Source: Mobula birostris (lineage: Eukaryota). Taken from it: DNA of 64,000 nucleotides. The notes below the pieces were generated by a model. That model searched no databases. It was not told where the DNA came from and was given only the letters and a program-made list of their open reading frames with translations. Within the stretch, counting starts at the first letter, position 1, and each line of letters starts with the position of its first letter. Below, piece by piece: positions 12,791-25,669 of this stretch. A program made the translations under genes and the position numbers. Location of the stretch: the NCBI RefSeq assembly GCF_030028105.1, contig NC_092379.1, positions 27,397,821-27,461,820 on the forward strand, given 5' to 3'.

Positions 12791-14944
12791 ACCCCCCGCC
12801 ATTGACCTATCTTTACGATACACCGTATATCCTTGGACGATCATCTGCTCATCTCCCAATGCAATTTGTTAAGTTACATCACACTTCTCCATCAAAAGAC
12901 ATTGTTCCTTATCTATGCTTAAAATGGAATTTGCTGTACTCTGAGGATATGCATACAATGCGCATACACAATACAAATGTGAACACCATACTCTAAAACT
13001 TGCCTGTAGAAAGGCTCAAATATAATTTGTTGACTGTTTAATTCAACACTTTTTCCGGAAAAAAAAAAAACAGCATGTCATATCGTATCCATCACCAGTC
13101 TATGAGATTGAATTATCTGTATCCTGTTCTGTATTTAATGCATTCAGTACCTTTCCATGCTGTTGCTTCTCTGGACGACGCTTTAATTTATTTAATTACT
13201 TACAATGCATCGACTATAGGTTTCAATTAGAAGCTACAGATCTGACAATCTTTAATAGATGAATTTCTGTACGATATCAATTACTATTTCCCGCCCTTGC
13301 GCTGTAAGGATTTCGCACGAGCCATCCCACAGAAGGATATCTCACTAATATCATACTTGACATAAAATATAAAATAAATTGAGCTCCATATCATACTAAC
13401 ATTATTGTCTGTATCACTGTATATATCCGCATATTGCTGCTAAGGATATCTACATCGTTTCCACTTTATCGAAGGATAACATTTGAATCATATTGGATAG
13501 AGATATTTCAAATGATATTTGAAATAGAGAAGTTTGCAATTCTATTTTTTTTAATAAATGCTCAAACATACTTTAACTGCCAAAGGTTAAACTGTCTGAG
13601 ATGGTGAACGGGGAAGTGATGCGCATTCAGGTGCTTTACATTTCTTGCTCACTCTGTCTGTCAACATTACTTGGTGTTCTTGTTTCCTGCGGGCTCCAAC
13701 GATCAGCATAATGTGTCCAACCGTCAGAATACTCACCAAAAAAATAGCAGAAATATAGAGCATGTAGTCTTCTATTTTCCATGTAAATGAAGAGTAATAG
13801 GTTTCTGTAATCTTGCAAAACCAGCATGTGAATATAGAGTATTCACCTGTCCAAATACGAAAAGTGAAGCTTTAAAAAAAAAATATATATAAACCTTTAC
13901 AAATGCATTTCCATTGATAATAGCCACTTTTTTTCCTTTTTTTTTTGTTCTGTGCAGCTTCTGATTTTCAGTTTATGACAGCTGATGTCCATGGACATGA
14001 ACAAAATTACACAGTAGTAGAACTGACTGGGAAACAGGATATATTATGGGGAAATAAGTAAGCCAACGGCGACGTAAGATCACGGCGGTCTTATGAATGG
14101 CATAATTGTAATTGCCATTCGCATCGGACAACAACTGATACATCTCAAAAAGCTCCATATTCCGCGGAACAAAATCACAGAATACAGGAATTGCCGTGCA
14201 TGACAGAACAATGGAACTCTCATTATACTACCTGACATATCAGTAGTTTATCGGGAAGCTGGAAGTATTTGTGTCAGATGACATTGGTGAAAATTGCAAA
14301 TGACAGATTTAGTGATGCATACATATATAAATGTCAATTTTAGCCATATGCACAAACAATTATCTGAAAACAAATAATGTGATTTTAGACTACCGAAAGT
14401 CACACACTTGAAAAAATAAATTCGGTAATTTTTTAGGAACGTATTCAGAGTTCAATGATTAAAAAAAAACAGAGCATCACTTTGCTGAAACTTCACAGCT
14501 GTAAATATAGCAGTTCAAAAAGTACTTTGCAGTAAAATGCGATTTCGAGGAGGTAAATGTAAGATGCTGTCAAATACCCATACACGTTTCATCATTATTG
14601 ATGTAAAAGAAAAAGAAAGAAAAAAAAAACTCGACAGACTAAATCAACACTTATCGGATAGAGTTCTATATGAAATGAGGACTGCTCAGAATATATGTTT
14701 CAAAGCAGTCCAGTTTATGATAGCGTCAGTGTGTCATTTATATGAACAGTAACCGCTGGGGAAGGAATTGGCTTCCATTAACATGACTGTTACTTAAACT
14801 ACTGTAACAGAGAAAAAAAAAATGGCAGCAATTTGAAAGGCTAACAAACACGGTAATTGGAAGAACTCAACAAGTCATGCAGCAATTATTGCTGTGAGAT
14901 AGTAAAAGAGGTGTAAACAGATACTACTTTTTTCCCATATTAGG

Positions 14945-15270
14945 GAGAGCGAGAACTTGTGGCATGCCAATTTACGGAGTGAACGAGTTGTCTTTGGGGT
15001 TGTGCAAGTTTGTGTCTTTAATGATGCTTGGCTGCATGTGTGAGTGCTTGGTTGAGGGCGCCGAGGTTTTTCTTTGCTGGTTGGGCAGGGGTTCTTGCTT
15101 TGCTGCTGCTTATGAGCGTGGGTGGGAGGAGTAGGGGACGTTGGGGTGCTAACATTTTCCTGTCATTCATTCTTTTGGGCTCTCCTTTGTTTCCGTGTAT
15201 ATTTCGCGAAGAAGAAAAAGAAATGCAATGTATATTGTACAAATTTTTCTGACATTAAATCTACCTTTGA
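14945..15270 (+). repeat. Interspersed repeat 3' end (probable non-autonomous retroelement)
   Basis: GT-rich body ending ...TGTATATTGTAC...CTGACATTAAAT.TACCTTTGAAAC; family assignment is from memory of batoid repeats only. Confidence 0.35.
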
Positions 15271-16609
15271 AACTCTTCAGAGGGGACAATAGTTGATATT
15301 TCAGGCCAGGATTCTTCCGAATGACTGCAATGAACGATAGAGCAAAGCAGAATAAGAAAGTGAGGGGTTTGTGTTTGTTCATTTGCCGTAATGGATTCTG
15401 GAATCCTTCTTACATAACGGCTTTTTGCGTTCCCAAAATGTATTATCATACATGTTCCAACAGTGTAATCGATCTACCGCTTTTTTGCCGATTCGTACAA
15501 TTTGCTGGAGTCTATTTCTGTAAAAATGCCTGTCACGTCACTCTGGTGCTTCTTTTCCTCTTCTATCTCTCATAGTCCATTCTATCAGTCTATGAGATTT
15601 ATTATTTCTTCAGGAATTTACCTTTTCCTGCCTTCAGCTTCCAGCGTCCGACGTGATGACATTGTTTCTTCAATGTATGAGCATTTTTTCTTATTAATGT
15701 ATTGATATCTCAGTGAAGACAGCTTATGGTTGATTTCATTCTTGTATCTCATTCTGTTCATCCTTCAATGTTCTTCCCTTCATCTGAATTCACCTATCAT
15801 CTCCCAGCTTGTATCCTTTCCGCTTCCCCATCTGCCTATCTCTTATATCTGCAATATTTTCCAAATCCGATTTTGTTAAATGTTTTTTTTTTTCTCTCGT
15901 TGTCTTGCCACTTTGATCAAACCAGCTGCGCGTCTGATCAGGGGTAACATCATACAAGCAACGCTGTTACAGCTCAACACAACAGTCAACATTTGCAAAC
16001 AGAATTTTCCATTGCTGTTTTTTTTTTGGATAACGCTGGTCACATCAATCAATTGGAACTGTCAGGTAAAGCAAAACACAATCAGGTCTCCCTTACCAAC
16101 TGCAATCAAACTGAAATTATTGACTCAAAGTGCCTCAATGTTGCAAAAAGAAAAAAAAAAAGTGACCATTGCAATTAAGTCAATACACAAATCAGCACAT
16201 TTGAGAAGTGGCTGGTGATGTCGGAGGACTATTAAACATGGAAAAAAAAAAAAGAAATGCCAGAATTTCCTGTATCCCAACAAAGACGAGAGGACTCATT
16301 TTGAAAGAATTAATGTGAGAAGGACTGGGAAGAATAAAAGTCTCGAATGGCAAGTAAGCAACTATTGTTGATATGTCATAAATCAGGGCCTGTCCATGTG
16401 TAAAGCAGGTCTAATGTTGTAGCCTAAATTGGCACGTCCATGTGTGACATAAGACATTCGGGCAATACTGAACGAGAATCGGTAAGGTACCTCATATCAA
16501 ATTCACACTTATAGGAAAGTAACTGAGCTTGAAACCCATTTACTATAGTACAGTACACGATTCTTCCCTGCACAAATATTGTGCGGCAGTAAATCTACTC
16601 AGTGGAAAT

Positions 16610-16878
16610 ATCCCTGCGCTTTTGTAGAGCTGCGTCCTCTTGCCCATCCTCTGGGACCCCCCCCCCCCGTCTTTCTTCCCGGACCTCCTGTCCCATGATA
16701 CTCTCGTATCCCCTTTTGCCTATCACCTGTCCAGCTCTTGGCTCTATCCCTACCCTTCCTGTCTTCTCCTATCATTTTGGATCTCCCCCTCCCCCTCCAA
16801 CTTTCAAATCCCTTACTCACTCTTCCTTCAGTTAGTCCTGACGAAGGGTCTCGACCTGAAACGTCGACTGCACCTCTT
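16610..16878 (+). mobile_element. Penelope terminal-repeat fragment
   Basis: Near-identical to 51420-51680, including CTGACGAAGGGTCTCGACCTGAAACGTCGACTG. Confidence 0.85.
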
Positions 16879-17539
16879 CTTACAGATGCTGCTTGGCATG
16901 TAACTACATTCGTTACATTATTGGCCAGAAGGGCTATTTTGTTGAAATGAAAAGATGATTCTGCTCTTATTTTGATAGGATGGTTCTCTCAGGTGATGCT
17001 ATGTCTTTGGTTGGAAAAAAGCAGAAGTCGAACTTTTGATCCTCGATTTCATTTCGAGGACAGGTGGGGGTCATTGACCGCTGATATCATCTGATTTGAG
17101 TTAATTGATATGGTTTCCTTCCGATTATTGTTTAAGTGGATCTGATTTGGCGGATTGATGTTTTTTTTTCTTTTATTTAAGTCTGTATGAACTATGGCTC
17201 CGGGGTTGTGCTCCCAATGTTTTTTTTTTCTCGGATTTTTTTTTAGTTTGCAGGGTTTTTTTTTTTTTTGTTCTTTCTTTTAGTTAGTAGGGGCCCTACT
17301 ATCTTATTCTTAGAAGTTTATTTTTTTCTATTAATTATTGATATATGTCTTAGTTGTTTTAATCAGTTATTTGCCAATTTATTTCTTTATTGTACATACT
17401 GACATATTGACTTGAATAACTTTAATGTTTTCTTTCGTTGATCTTTAATAATAATTAATGAAAAGGATTTAAAAAAAAATGAAATGAGATAAGGTGAGAG
17501 AGGTAAAAGGGGTGAGAAATGGTGATTGAGAAGGGTTGT

Positions 17540-18640
17540 GGGGTATTAACGGAAGTTCGAGGAATACACAAACAAACCATGTGCTTAGAGGCTACCTAAA
17601 CTGAATAATAGGCTTTATTTCTCCAACCTTAGTGTGCCCTTCTCAAGACAGTAGAGGAGGCCATGGAATGACATATCGGAATTGGGATGGCCACTAAGAG
17701 TTGACGCATCTGCTGGCCTACGGAGCATAGGTGATCAGCAAAGTCGTCTCCCAACCGATGTTAGGTCTCATCGATATACAGAAGGTTACACTGGGGCAGC
17801 GGGCACAACATGTAAACCGAACACACTCATCAGGTGAATGGTAGTGAGGGAGGAGGTATATAGGGCATATATACCTCTTATTCCCCTTGCAGGCACAAGC
17901 GCAATACCAGTTCCTGCACCTTCTGTCTCAACACCGTTCAGCACCATGGACAGTCCAGCCAGGTGCGGAGACACTTTGCAGTGTTCTGTTGGACTGTGTC
18001 TGGTGTTGTTAATGTGCCCTCCTTCATATCGGCAAACGTGGTCATAGATTGTGTAGTCGCTTCGCTGTGCACTTACTCTTCATCCGCCAGAAATTGCAGG
18101 ATCTCCCAGCAGCCACACATTTAAATTGCACTTCTCATTCCCATTGAGATATGTCCGTACATGGCATGCTCTACTGTCGCGGTGATCCCACACCCAGGTC
18201 GGAGAGGCAACACCTTATATTCCTTCTGGTGGCCTCCAATTAGACGGCACGAACGCCGATTACTCATGTTTTGGTAACGCACCCCTTCTCCTTCCCAATC
18301 ACCTCTCTCGCCGTATTCATTTCCCTGTCGATTATCTCCCTCTGGCATTCTCTTTCTTCCATGGCCTTCTGTTCACTCCTATAAGATCCCCTTGTCAAAT
18401 ATTTTTTTTTTTTTTTTTTGTCCACGAGTCACCTTCCAAGCTCTTTACCTCATCCCTCCCCCTCCCGGTTTCACCTATGAGAATTGTATTTCAATTTTCC
18501 CTTCCCCATCTTTTGAATCTGCTTTTCACTCTTTCTTTTAGTCTCCCTGCTGAAGCGTCTCAGCCCCATAGGTCGAATGTATTTTTTTTTTCCGTAGAAT
18601 CTGCCAGTATTTCTGTCTCTTGCTTGGATTTCCATCATCT
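17540..18640. mobile_element. Head-to-head pair of old Penelope endonuclease fragments (~17540-17900 on -, ~17980-18640 on +)
   Basis: The + copy reads LHIGKRGHRLCSRFAVHL...QDLPAATHLNCTSHSH, a decayed GIY-YIG domain. The - copy shows the same region in reverse. Confidence 0.65.
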
Positions 18641-20310
18641 GCAGATTTTCTTGTTTTTGACAGTTTTATAGTGCCCAGATACCCACCGATAGCAATAGAT
18701 CGGGATGTCTCCAACTTCTCTCTGATCTATTACAGATGTCCCCGAATCATTGAGTTCAACCAAACACGCAATTTGTAACCAGCGAAATAGAAACATACAA
18801 AGGAATACCTCTGTTATGTACCACGATACAAAATACAGCAGCACACTCCGGTGAGCGGGTTTAGGTGGTCCGCTGGAGCACACAGCCTATAATGTAGGCA
18901 TGTTCACGTCGTAGGACCAGTCAATATGGGAAATATACAGCAGTCCGTCATGTGCGTCATTGTGGACGAAATGATATCTCCACTGTGAGCAGGTTTTGGC
19001 GCACAGTGTGATAGGTGACCTGCCATACTGAAGGAATAAGGAACTATAACGTACCACTGGACAACAATTGAAAAGTCACTGATACTGGTATTGAAAAAAA
19101 AATAAACCTGCAGCAAAAACCTCAACAGTTCAGAGCACATCTGTGGAGGGAAAAGTACAGCAAATAATTTTCATTGAAGATTCATGCAATATAGCCAGCT
19201 TGCTATTTCCATCCTGTTTTTCATGTGCGGGGTAAACCCAGGCAATTGAACACATGAAAAACGGGTGTACACGTTTATGCTGTCAATCAAAATGATGGTT
19301 TCATTCTAGTTTCTTTGTTTTTTTTTTCAGACCATTGGATTGAACTAAATTCGGCTTCGGAATGTGCTGCTTTCAGACGGAATTAATCACGAATATATCA
19401 ACCCATTCTGTGAAAAAGTAAGTATTCATAGGTTAATAAATGTGAATAGAACTGATTTATCAAAATCAAAAGCGAGAGGGCATTACGTATATAAATATAG
19501 ATGCATAGATATATGCAAATAAAACAAGCTTATTTGCAACAGTATCAGTCAACAACAATATTATTTAAGTAGCTCTCTCAAGAAAAAATAAACAGACGTA
19601 AACATATGTTAAATAGAGAATATAGAAATAACATCACTCAGCAAATTACGTTTCATCTCAAATTTGAATACAGTGAAATAGTGTCGCTAAACTGTCGTAG
19701 TGTGAGTTGGTTCATGAAACGAATCCTTCACGAATGTCACTGTTCTTGACTCTGATATTGGAAATCTATTTCTAAATTCACGGTATCATGTTTTAAATTG
19801 AATTAGTACCATTATATGACTTAATTTATCTCAGAATGTTCAGCGACTTGAGGCATTTTGAGCACCACCAGCTCTCCAGCGACCCTCATGCTCTCCAGCC
19901 CTGTAATTACAGATGCAGTACAGCAGAGGATTCACCAACAATATTAACTATCTGTCAAACGAGCCATGCTGTGACCCAAATCCTCGACCACAATCTAGTC
20001 GTTTTGTCACAATGTTCTCTGTGACTGGATATGTGGAAGACGATGCTGCCTTATTGTAAATGGTTGACGCAGCTAAGGAGTAAGTGTGGCTCCAAGTGCG
20101 TGCTTTGCAGTTTGAATAATGAGAATCTCAGGAAGTAATGATTTTCGTCCGAGTAATATCGAGTACTTCAGCTGCATCCTTAGAGTTGGAACTGCAGAAC
20201 TACCCTGCCTATAGAATTTATTTATTTGCTTTCTTTAAAATAATTTGCTTTTGAAATGATTTTACTCCAGCCACTTTGAACCATTTTGCGAAGTTGATGA
20301 ATTCATTGAG

Positions 20311-20612
20311 TGTAAATGGTGGAGATTCCGCCATTCCGTCGCTTAATTATGCTGGAGAGACAAAATGAAGCACTATTGTTGTAAAATGTACCTACAAACC
20401 TATAATGTTGTCGGGGGCGGGGGCAGCAAGGATATCGAAAACCTCCAATCTGAGATATCAAGTTTCTGTTATTTAAATACGCCATGTCAGAAAGGAAAGC
20501 AGATTTTACTTGAGCACTTTTCCATTCAACGCACGAAAGCTCGGTGAAATTCGCCATTTTGAATATCTTGGGGTTAATGCGGTACTCGTCTGTGCTCACT
20601 GCGGCTGATGCC
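20311..20612 (+). pseudogene. TCR V pseudogene (frameshifted, stops)
   Basis: Joined frames read VNGGDSAIPSLNYAGETK*STIVVKCTYK..., YRKPPI*DIKFLLFKY..., HFSIQRTKAR, KFAILNIL...SSV-x-CG. V-domain landmarks (GDS, B-strand Cys, FR2, D/E strands) are in the correct order. No recognisable RSS. Confidence 0.55.
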
Positions 20613-20693
20613 ATTTAAAAATTCGGATGGAATCTTCTAGAGATCACTAGATCTCAGGTGAAGCCGAGTACAGCTCCAGTCTGCTGTTTATAA

Positions 20694-20711
20694 TTTCCTG
20701 ACGTCAGGAAA
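20694..20711. promoter_or_regulatory. Perfect 18-bp palindrome with a central CRE (TGACGTCA) flanked by GGAA/TTCC cores
   Basis: TTTCCTGACGTCAGGAAA is its own reverse complement and lies ~930 bp upstream of the first open V leader. Confidence 0.45.
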
Positions 20712-20849
20712 ATCTAAAAGCCTTTGTTTTTTTTTTTCTTTTCTTTCCCCCTCATGACTCAGTCTGCGCATTTTGCCCTGAACATAAACGTGAATCTTCT
20801 TCCCCTCCTCAAACCAGGCCTCAATTTCTTACTCCAATAAGTGTGTTAC

Positions 20850-21100
20850 TTGTTTCGTCACAATGATGAAATATATTTCCGATATTCCAAATCAATTCAG
20901 AGACTTCGAGATCACGTCGCACGGAACTACAGTCAAAAGGTATATCGCTGCCTCCTTTCCAGTTCAAGAAAACCTCTCCACAGATCTTTCAATATCCAGT
21001 CATTTACGGAAATACCAAAGCAGATAAAGCCAGGCTCAGAATCAATTGACACATGTGAACGTAAATGACACCACGCCAGCACAAGTACACAGATATCGCA
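20850..21100 (-). pseudogene. Inverted TCR V relic facing the 20311 pseudogene
   Basis: The - strand reads SFTFTCVN*F*AWLYLLWYFRK, then after a frameshift LEVSELIWNIGNIFHHC (compare VAELKLSDSAVYYC). No RSS recognised. Confidence 0.42.
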
Positions 21101-21636
21101 TGTTTAAAACGTGGGGGGCTACCAACAGCTCCTGTGGATTGCATGCATAATTGGGTGCGGTACAGTAAAGAAAATAAACTTTGAAGTGTTCTTCTGACAG
21201 AGATACAGTTTTAATATTTTATCCTCTCTGAAGTCTTCAGGACAGTCCATGTTTCTGCTAGTTTCCGGAAACATCATTTGTCGGGGAACAGCACTTTTTC
21301 AGGCTATTGAACACTAAGGGGCACTTCTAACTTTATTTTAACATTTCCGACCTTCACTGTACTCTCCGAATCGATAACAATCTTCTTCGGTTTAATCGCT
21401 ATTATGGAAGATGAAGTGAAACGTGGTCGGTTCGGATTGGCCCTTTCTGATGTAATGACTTTAATACGTGTACAGGTCCTCATTGGTTATTTGTTGAAAT
21501 GAAGCCGTAAGCTTATTGGATACTTCACGCACTCCCGACAATGACAGTAGTCTCAGTTACATAGCGTTTAATGTAATATCCTTTGCAGAAATATTTTCGG
21601 GTCAAATTTATGTGTTCTTATTCGTAATCGGAAGAT

Positions 21637-21688
21637 ATGTACCGTGTTCCAGTTTATGCAGTTCTCACGACGGCAGCTCTTTTAACCT
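21637..21688 (+). CDS. Leader exon of TCR V segment V1
   Basis: MYRVPVYAVLTTAALLT plus T, then donor GTGAGT. 52 nt, phase 1, and joins in frame to 21834. Confidence 0.85.
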
Positions 21689-21833
21689 GTGAGTGTGAAA
21701 TTTAAAAATTGCTATAAATGATGAAAACACCAATTTCGTTACTGTTCTGGCGGTTTGACCTCTTTCTCAATTGTCATAAACTCTGACTGAACTATAGTTT
21801 TAAACACGTGTCTAACTATTTGAATTACTGCAG

Positions 21834-22140
21834 GTGCCGGCGCTGCGAGCACGGTCTCTCAGGGACCTGATAACATACAACTGTTTGAAGGTGACTTGGC
21901 GACCATCAGTTGCAACTATTCAACCGACAGTGAGATGTATTCGTTACAACTTTACCGTCAACATCAGAACTCTGAGATCGAATTTTTAATCCTCTCCCCT
22001 TCTTACGGAACTGCTTCCAAGGCAGAAGAGCTAGATGATCGTTTTTCGGCATCTCTCAGCACATCAAAAAAGGAGGGCGAATTTGCTGTGGCTGAGTTGA
22101 AACTGTCAGACAGCGCCGTGTATTACTGTGCTTTGAGACA
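21834..22140 (+). CDS. T-cell receptor alpha/delta-type variable segment V1 (TRAV/TRDV-like), open frame but Trp41 replaced by Leu
   Basis: Acceptor CTGCAG| then AGAASTVSQGPDNIQLFEGDLATISCNYSTDSEMYSLQLYRQHQNSEIEFLIL...DRFSASLSTSKKEGEFAVAELKLSDSAVYYCALR. Both V cysteines present; RSS follows immediately. Confidence 0.92.
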
Positions 22141-22179
22141 CACTGCAACACCTACTATTTACAGCCTCATTCAAAAACT
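22141..22179 (+). other. 23-RSS of V1
   Basis: CACTGCA (22141-22147), 23-nt spacer, TCAAAAACT (22171-22179). Confidence 0.85.
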
Positions 22180-25029
22180 ACGCCAGTTAGGGAAAAAGAG
22201 ACTGTAAGAGGTAGCGAAATATCCAGTATTATTAGTGGTGTGGTATAGTTTTGTAGCAGGCACTGAAATACGAGGAATGGCCAAAGGAAAGAGGTATAAG
22301 AAAACGCATTTTATTAATTCCTAATAGCATCACAGCTTGGAGTTTTCTGGCTTAATATTCCAACTAATTGTTTGGAGTCCATTCAAAGGCAAGCATGGTC
22401 CTGAGGACAATCTGAGAAGGGAGATCGCTTTCAGAAATGACAAAACTAAAACAATTCGGAAAGTGACAAACAGAAATAATTGTATAGAGTGATGGAAATT
22501 ACCATCAGATCGTATAAACTGTACTGAGAGACGTATGAATGCGAATTTCCAGTAGTGTATTATTCATCGCTGCAGAGATGACATTAAAAAGTATGCGTTA
22601 AGTGTGTAGATATGAGTCAAATTCGTTGTTTTACGTTTACGATCGTGCATGGAACCTCTGAGCAAAACATGGTCGTTTGTATCTTCAGACCATATTTTTA
22701 AGGCGGCATACAGGTTTCTCACTTCTCCTAATTGAATAGATTACGGACGCCAAATGGTGATGAGTCACGTAAATTATCTAATTATCTCCCCGTGATATAC
22801 TGTATACGGGGAAATATATCACGGTCAAATACAGTCGACTACATGAAAGCACTAAAGGTTATTCAAAGGAAAATTACCGTATTGGTTTAGAAAGGAAACA
22901 ATGGGTAAGTGAATATTCGGAGGTCAAATAGATGACTTTCAAAATATTGAGATTCATAAAAAGCCTTGAAGGGAATGATGTGACTAGACCTGCAGTCTCA
23001 CATGTTCAGCTTAGTACATGTAAAGAAAATCATTACTGATATTTCTGATAAACTATTTTCACCTAGTAATTGCGAGAATTAGGGAATACAACTTATATTA
23101 ACTTGCAGCCAATACTTAGGGACAAGGAAGCTGATGTTGATGGAACCATGTATTTTTGTAACAGGTTCGCTGCTCCGACAAATGGAACAGGAAATAGTGA
23201 GTGAATTGGTGTATTAATCACCTAATTTCAAACAGAGGAAATAGATCAACTATTTATTTCCCCCAAAATATAGACCAATAAAGCTGAATACTCGACAAGC
23301 ATATGGTCAGCACATATACGTAACTAAAAGCACGCAGAGAGCATACACTTCGTCATGTGCACCACTTACCATAAACAAAGTGGGAGAAACAGATATTACC
23401 ACAGTAGCTCTATATATACCCAGGATGTGTGAAACATAATACCAGGCAGTTAGCCAATGAAAAAATCAGCTGCAGTTTCTGAGCTAACGATTCACAACGA
23501 CGCAACAGTAGACCGGGAAAAGAAGCGACGCCCCCACAGGCACACGACAGCTCAAAAGCTGCGAACGTCATGATACAACCATCATACTAGGACGACTACT
23601 GTACCGGGACTTCCCTAAGTGAAAAGTAACACAAAAGAAAACACAGCTAATACTGTAAAACGAATAGTCACTCCCTGTACACTACCTTAGATCATCACCA
23701 TCCCTGTGCCCCCAACCCCGGAATATAATAGCTAATTCTGCTCACTGGAATTCAGATGTGTCAACCATGTGAGTTTATGTTACCCGTTCCGTAAGGAATG
23801 TTGGTGCAGCATTGTTGATAAAGCTCAACGAGTATAACATTCCGCTGTGAGCAAGTATTCTCACGTCATCAAAATCAGTTCCTGGAACATTTCGGAAACA
23901 CTATATGGAGAAAGGCTATTACTCAATACCTTCCCTACTTTGTAATAGCCCACGTAATGAGCAAAATGTCGCCCAGGGAACAAGTGAGGCGTACATACGT
24001 CTCAACGTATCAACTTCTGAAGCCTGTCAAAACCACCGGTATACCGAGGAACTGCATGTCCATTAGCTGTCATTTAGTGTTCAACAAGTGTCCAATTTCG
24101 TAGGAACATCTGGGATAGACAGAGCTGTCCTTGGGTCCTGGCCCTGCTGTCTTTACCATTAACCTTACGTCTTTATTTGTAGGCAACATACCTTCTGCAC
24201 CAGCAGTCTGTCAGTCGGGGAAATCACTTTAAGTTAGGACTTTCCAGTTAAAAAAAAAATATACTTGGGAAAATAGCAGTTTTTAAAGCATTTTCTCCAC
24301 CTGAGGCATTCAGTCTCAGGTCACTACAGGGTACTACGTTAGTCTGGTTCGTTTAGTTGGGATACATTACTCCATCTAAGCTCCCTAGAAAAGAATATCA
24401 ACAGCTGACGTGCCAGATAATATCCCCCAACAGTATTTTCTTCGTCTGTTGGATCAATTTCAGTGGTATACCTTACATAAAGTAGTAAAGAATTCATTCG
24501 ATAAATTCAGTAATTTGCCCCGTTGGTTGACTGTGCATATTCAAAATTCTAACCCCAGGACTGTATCACAGTATCTCCAACCACAGTCTAGAATGCACCA
24601 CTCTAATAATTTGTTATGCTAGAGATACAAAAGGCACTCACTCACGATTAGTCACATGATATTTAGGACGCATGGAACCAGCATAAATTCTAGAATTGCT
24701 TCCTTAACGCTTAATTCCCTTTAAAATGCGGGCAGCTCGTATCCAAAAATATAGTTGCCCAAATTTCAACTTAAGCATTTTATGATATGAGCCATCCCTG
24801 AAACCAAATGCATGGGGAAACAAGTAACAAGGTCACAGCTTTGGACACAGTAAACACGTAACAGGAGAGGAAACGAATAAAAAATGTAATTGACTAAACG
24901 AAAACAAGTAACAGAGCACATATGAAACACAGACACAAATCGCAAAACTGGGGATGTGTTATTCTTTATAGCTTGCGATGGAATTGTAAGAGTACCATAC
25001 GTATGTTTAAGTGCTTCTGTTACCCGAAC

Positions 25030-25604
25030 ACATAGAAAAAAAAACATAGAACACAGGCACTTCTGCCCACAGAGTTGTGCCGAACATCTCCCTACCTTAG
25101 AAATAGCTAGGGTTACTCATAGCCCTCTATTTATTTAAGCTCCATGTACCTATCCAAAAGTTTCTTAAATGACCCTATCCAATCCGCCTCCACTACCGTT
25201 GCCGGCGGCCCATTCCACGCACTCACCACTTTCTGTATAAAACAAATTACCCCTGACATCTCCTATGTACCTACTGATAAGCACCATAAACTTGTTCCCT
25301 CTTGTGGCAGCCATTTCAGCCCTGAGAAAAAGCCTCTCTCTATCCACACGATCAATGCCCTTCATCATATTATTCATCTCCATCAGGTCACCTCTCATCC
25401 TCCGTCGTTCCAAGGAGAAAAGGCCGAGTTCACTCAACCTGTTTTCATAAAGCATACTCCCTAATCCAAGCAATGCTCCTGTAAATCTCCTCTGCACCCT
25501 TTCTATGGTGTCCACATTCCTTCCGCAGTGAGGCGACCAGAACTGAGCACAGTATGTCAAGTGGGGTCTGACTAGGGTCGTATGTAGTTGCAGCATTACC
25601 TCTC
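25030..25604 (-). mobile_element. CR1 LINE 3' end
   Basis: ORF 25165-25596(-) reads LVRPHLTYCAQFWSPH...LGLFSLERRRMRGDL; (CATAGAA)n-type tail at ~25030. Confidence 0.9.
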
Positions 25605-25669
25605 ATGATGATGCGACGAACAGACTGGTCATCTCTGAAGCCGAAGTACGAAGTTATTTCCAACGGGTG

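Noticed and set aside
13712-13790. Leader-exon-like MENRRLHALYFCYFFG|GTGAGT on -
   Set aside because: No V exon or acceptor found downstream.
14150-14300. NGTLII...EAG(K)YLC Ig-like motif
   Set aside because: Needs an assumed frameshift and has no upstream Cys or Trp support.
15321-15575. ORF ending AGVYFC followed by CACTCTG
   Set aside because: Trp-to-Cys spacing too short and no nonamer.
23100-23180. DGTMYFC motif
   Set aside because: Isolated; no other V landmarks or RSS.
24330-24620. GDTVIQS start on - and FQWY on +
   Set aside because: Cannot assemble a consistent V domain on either strand.
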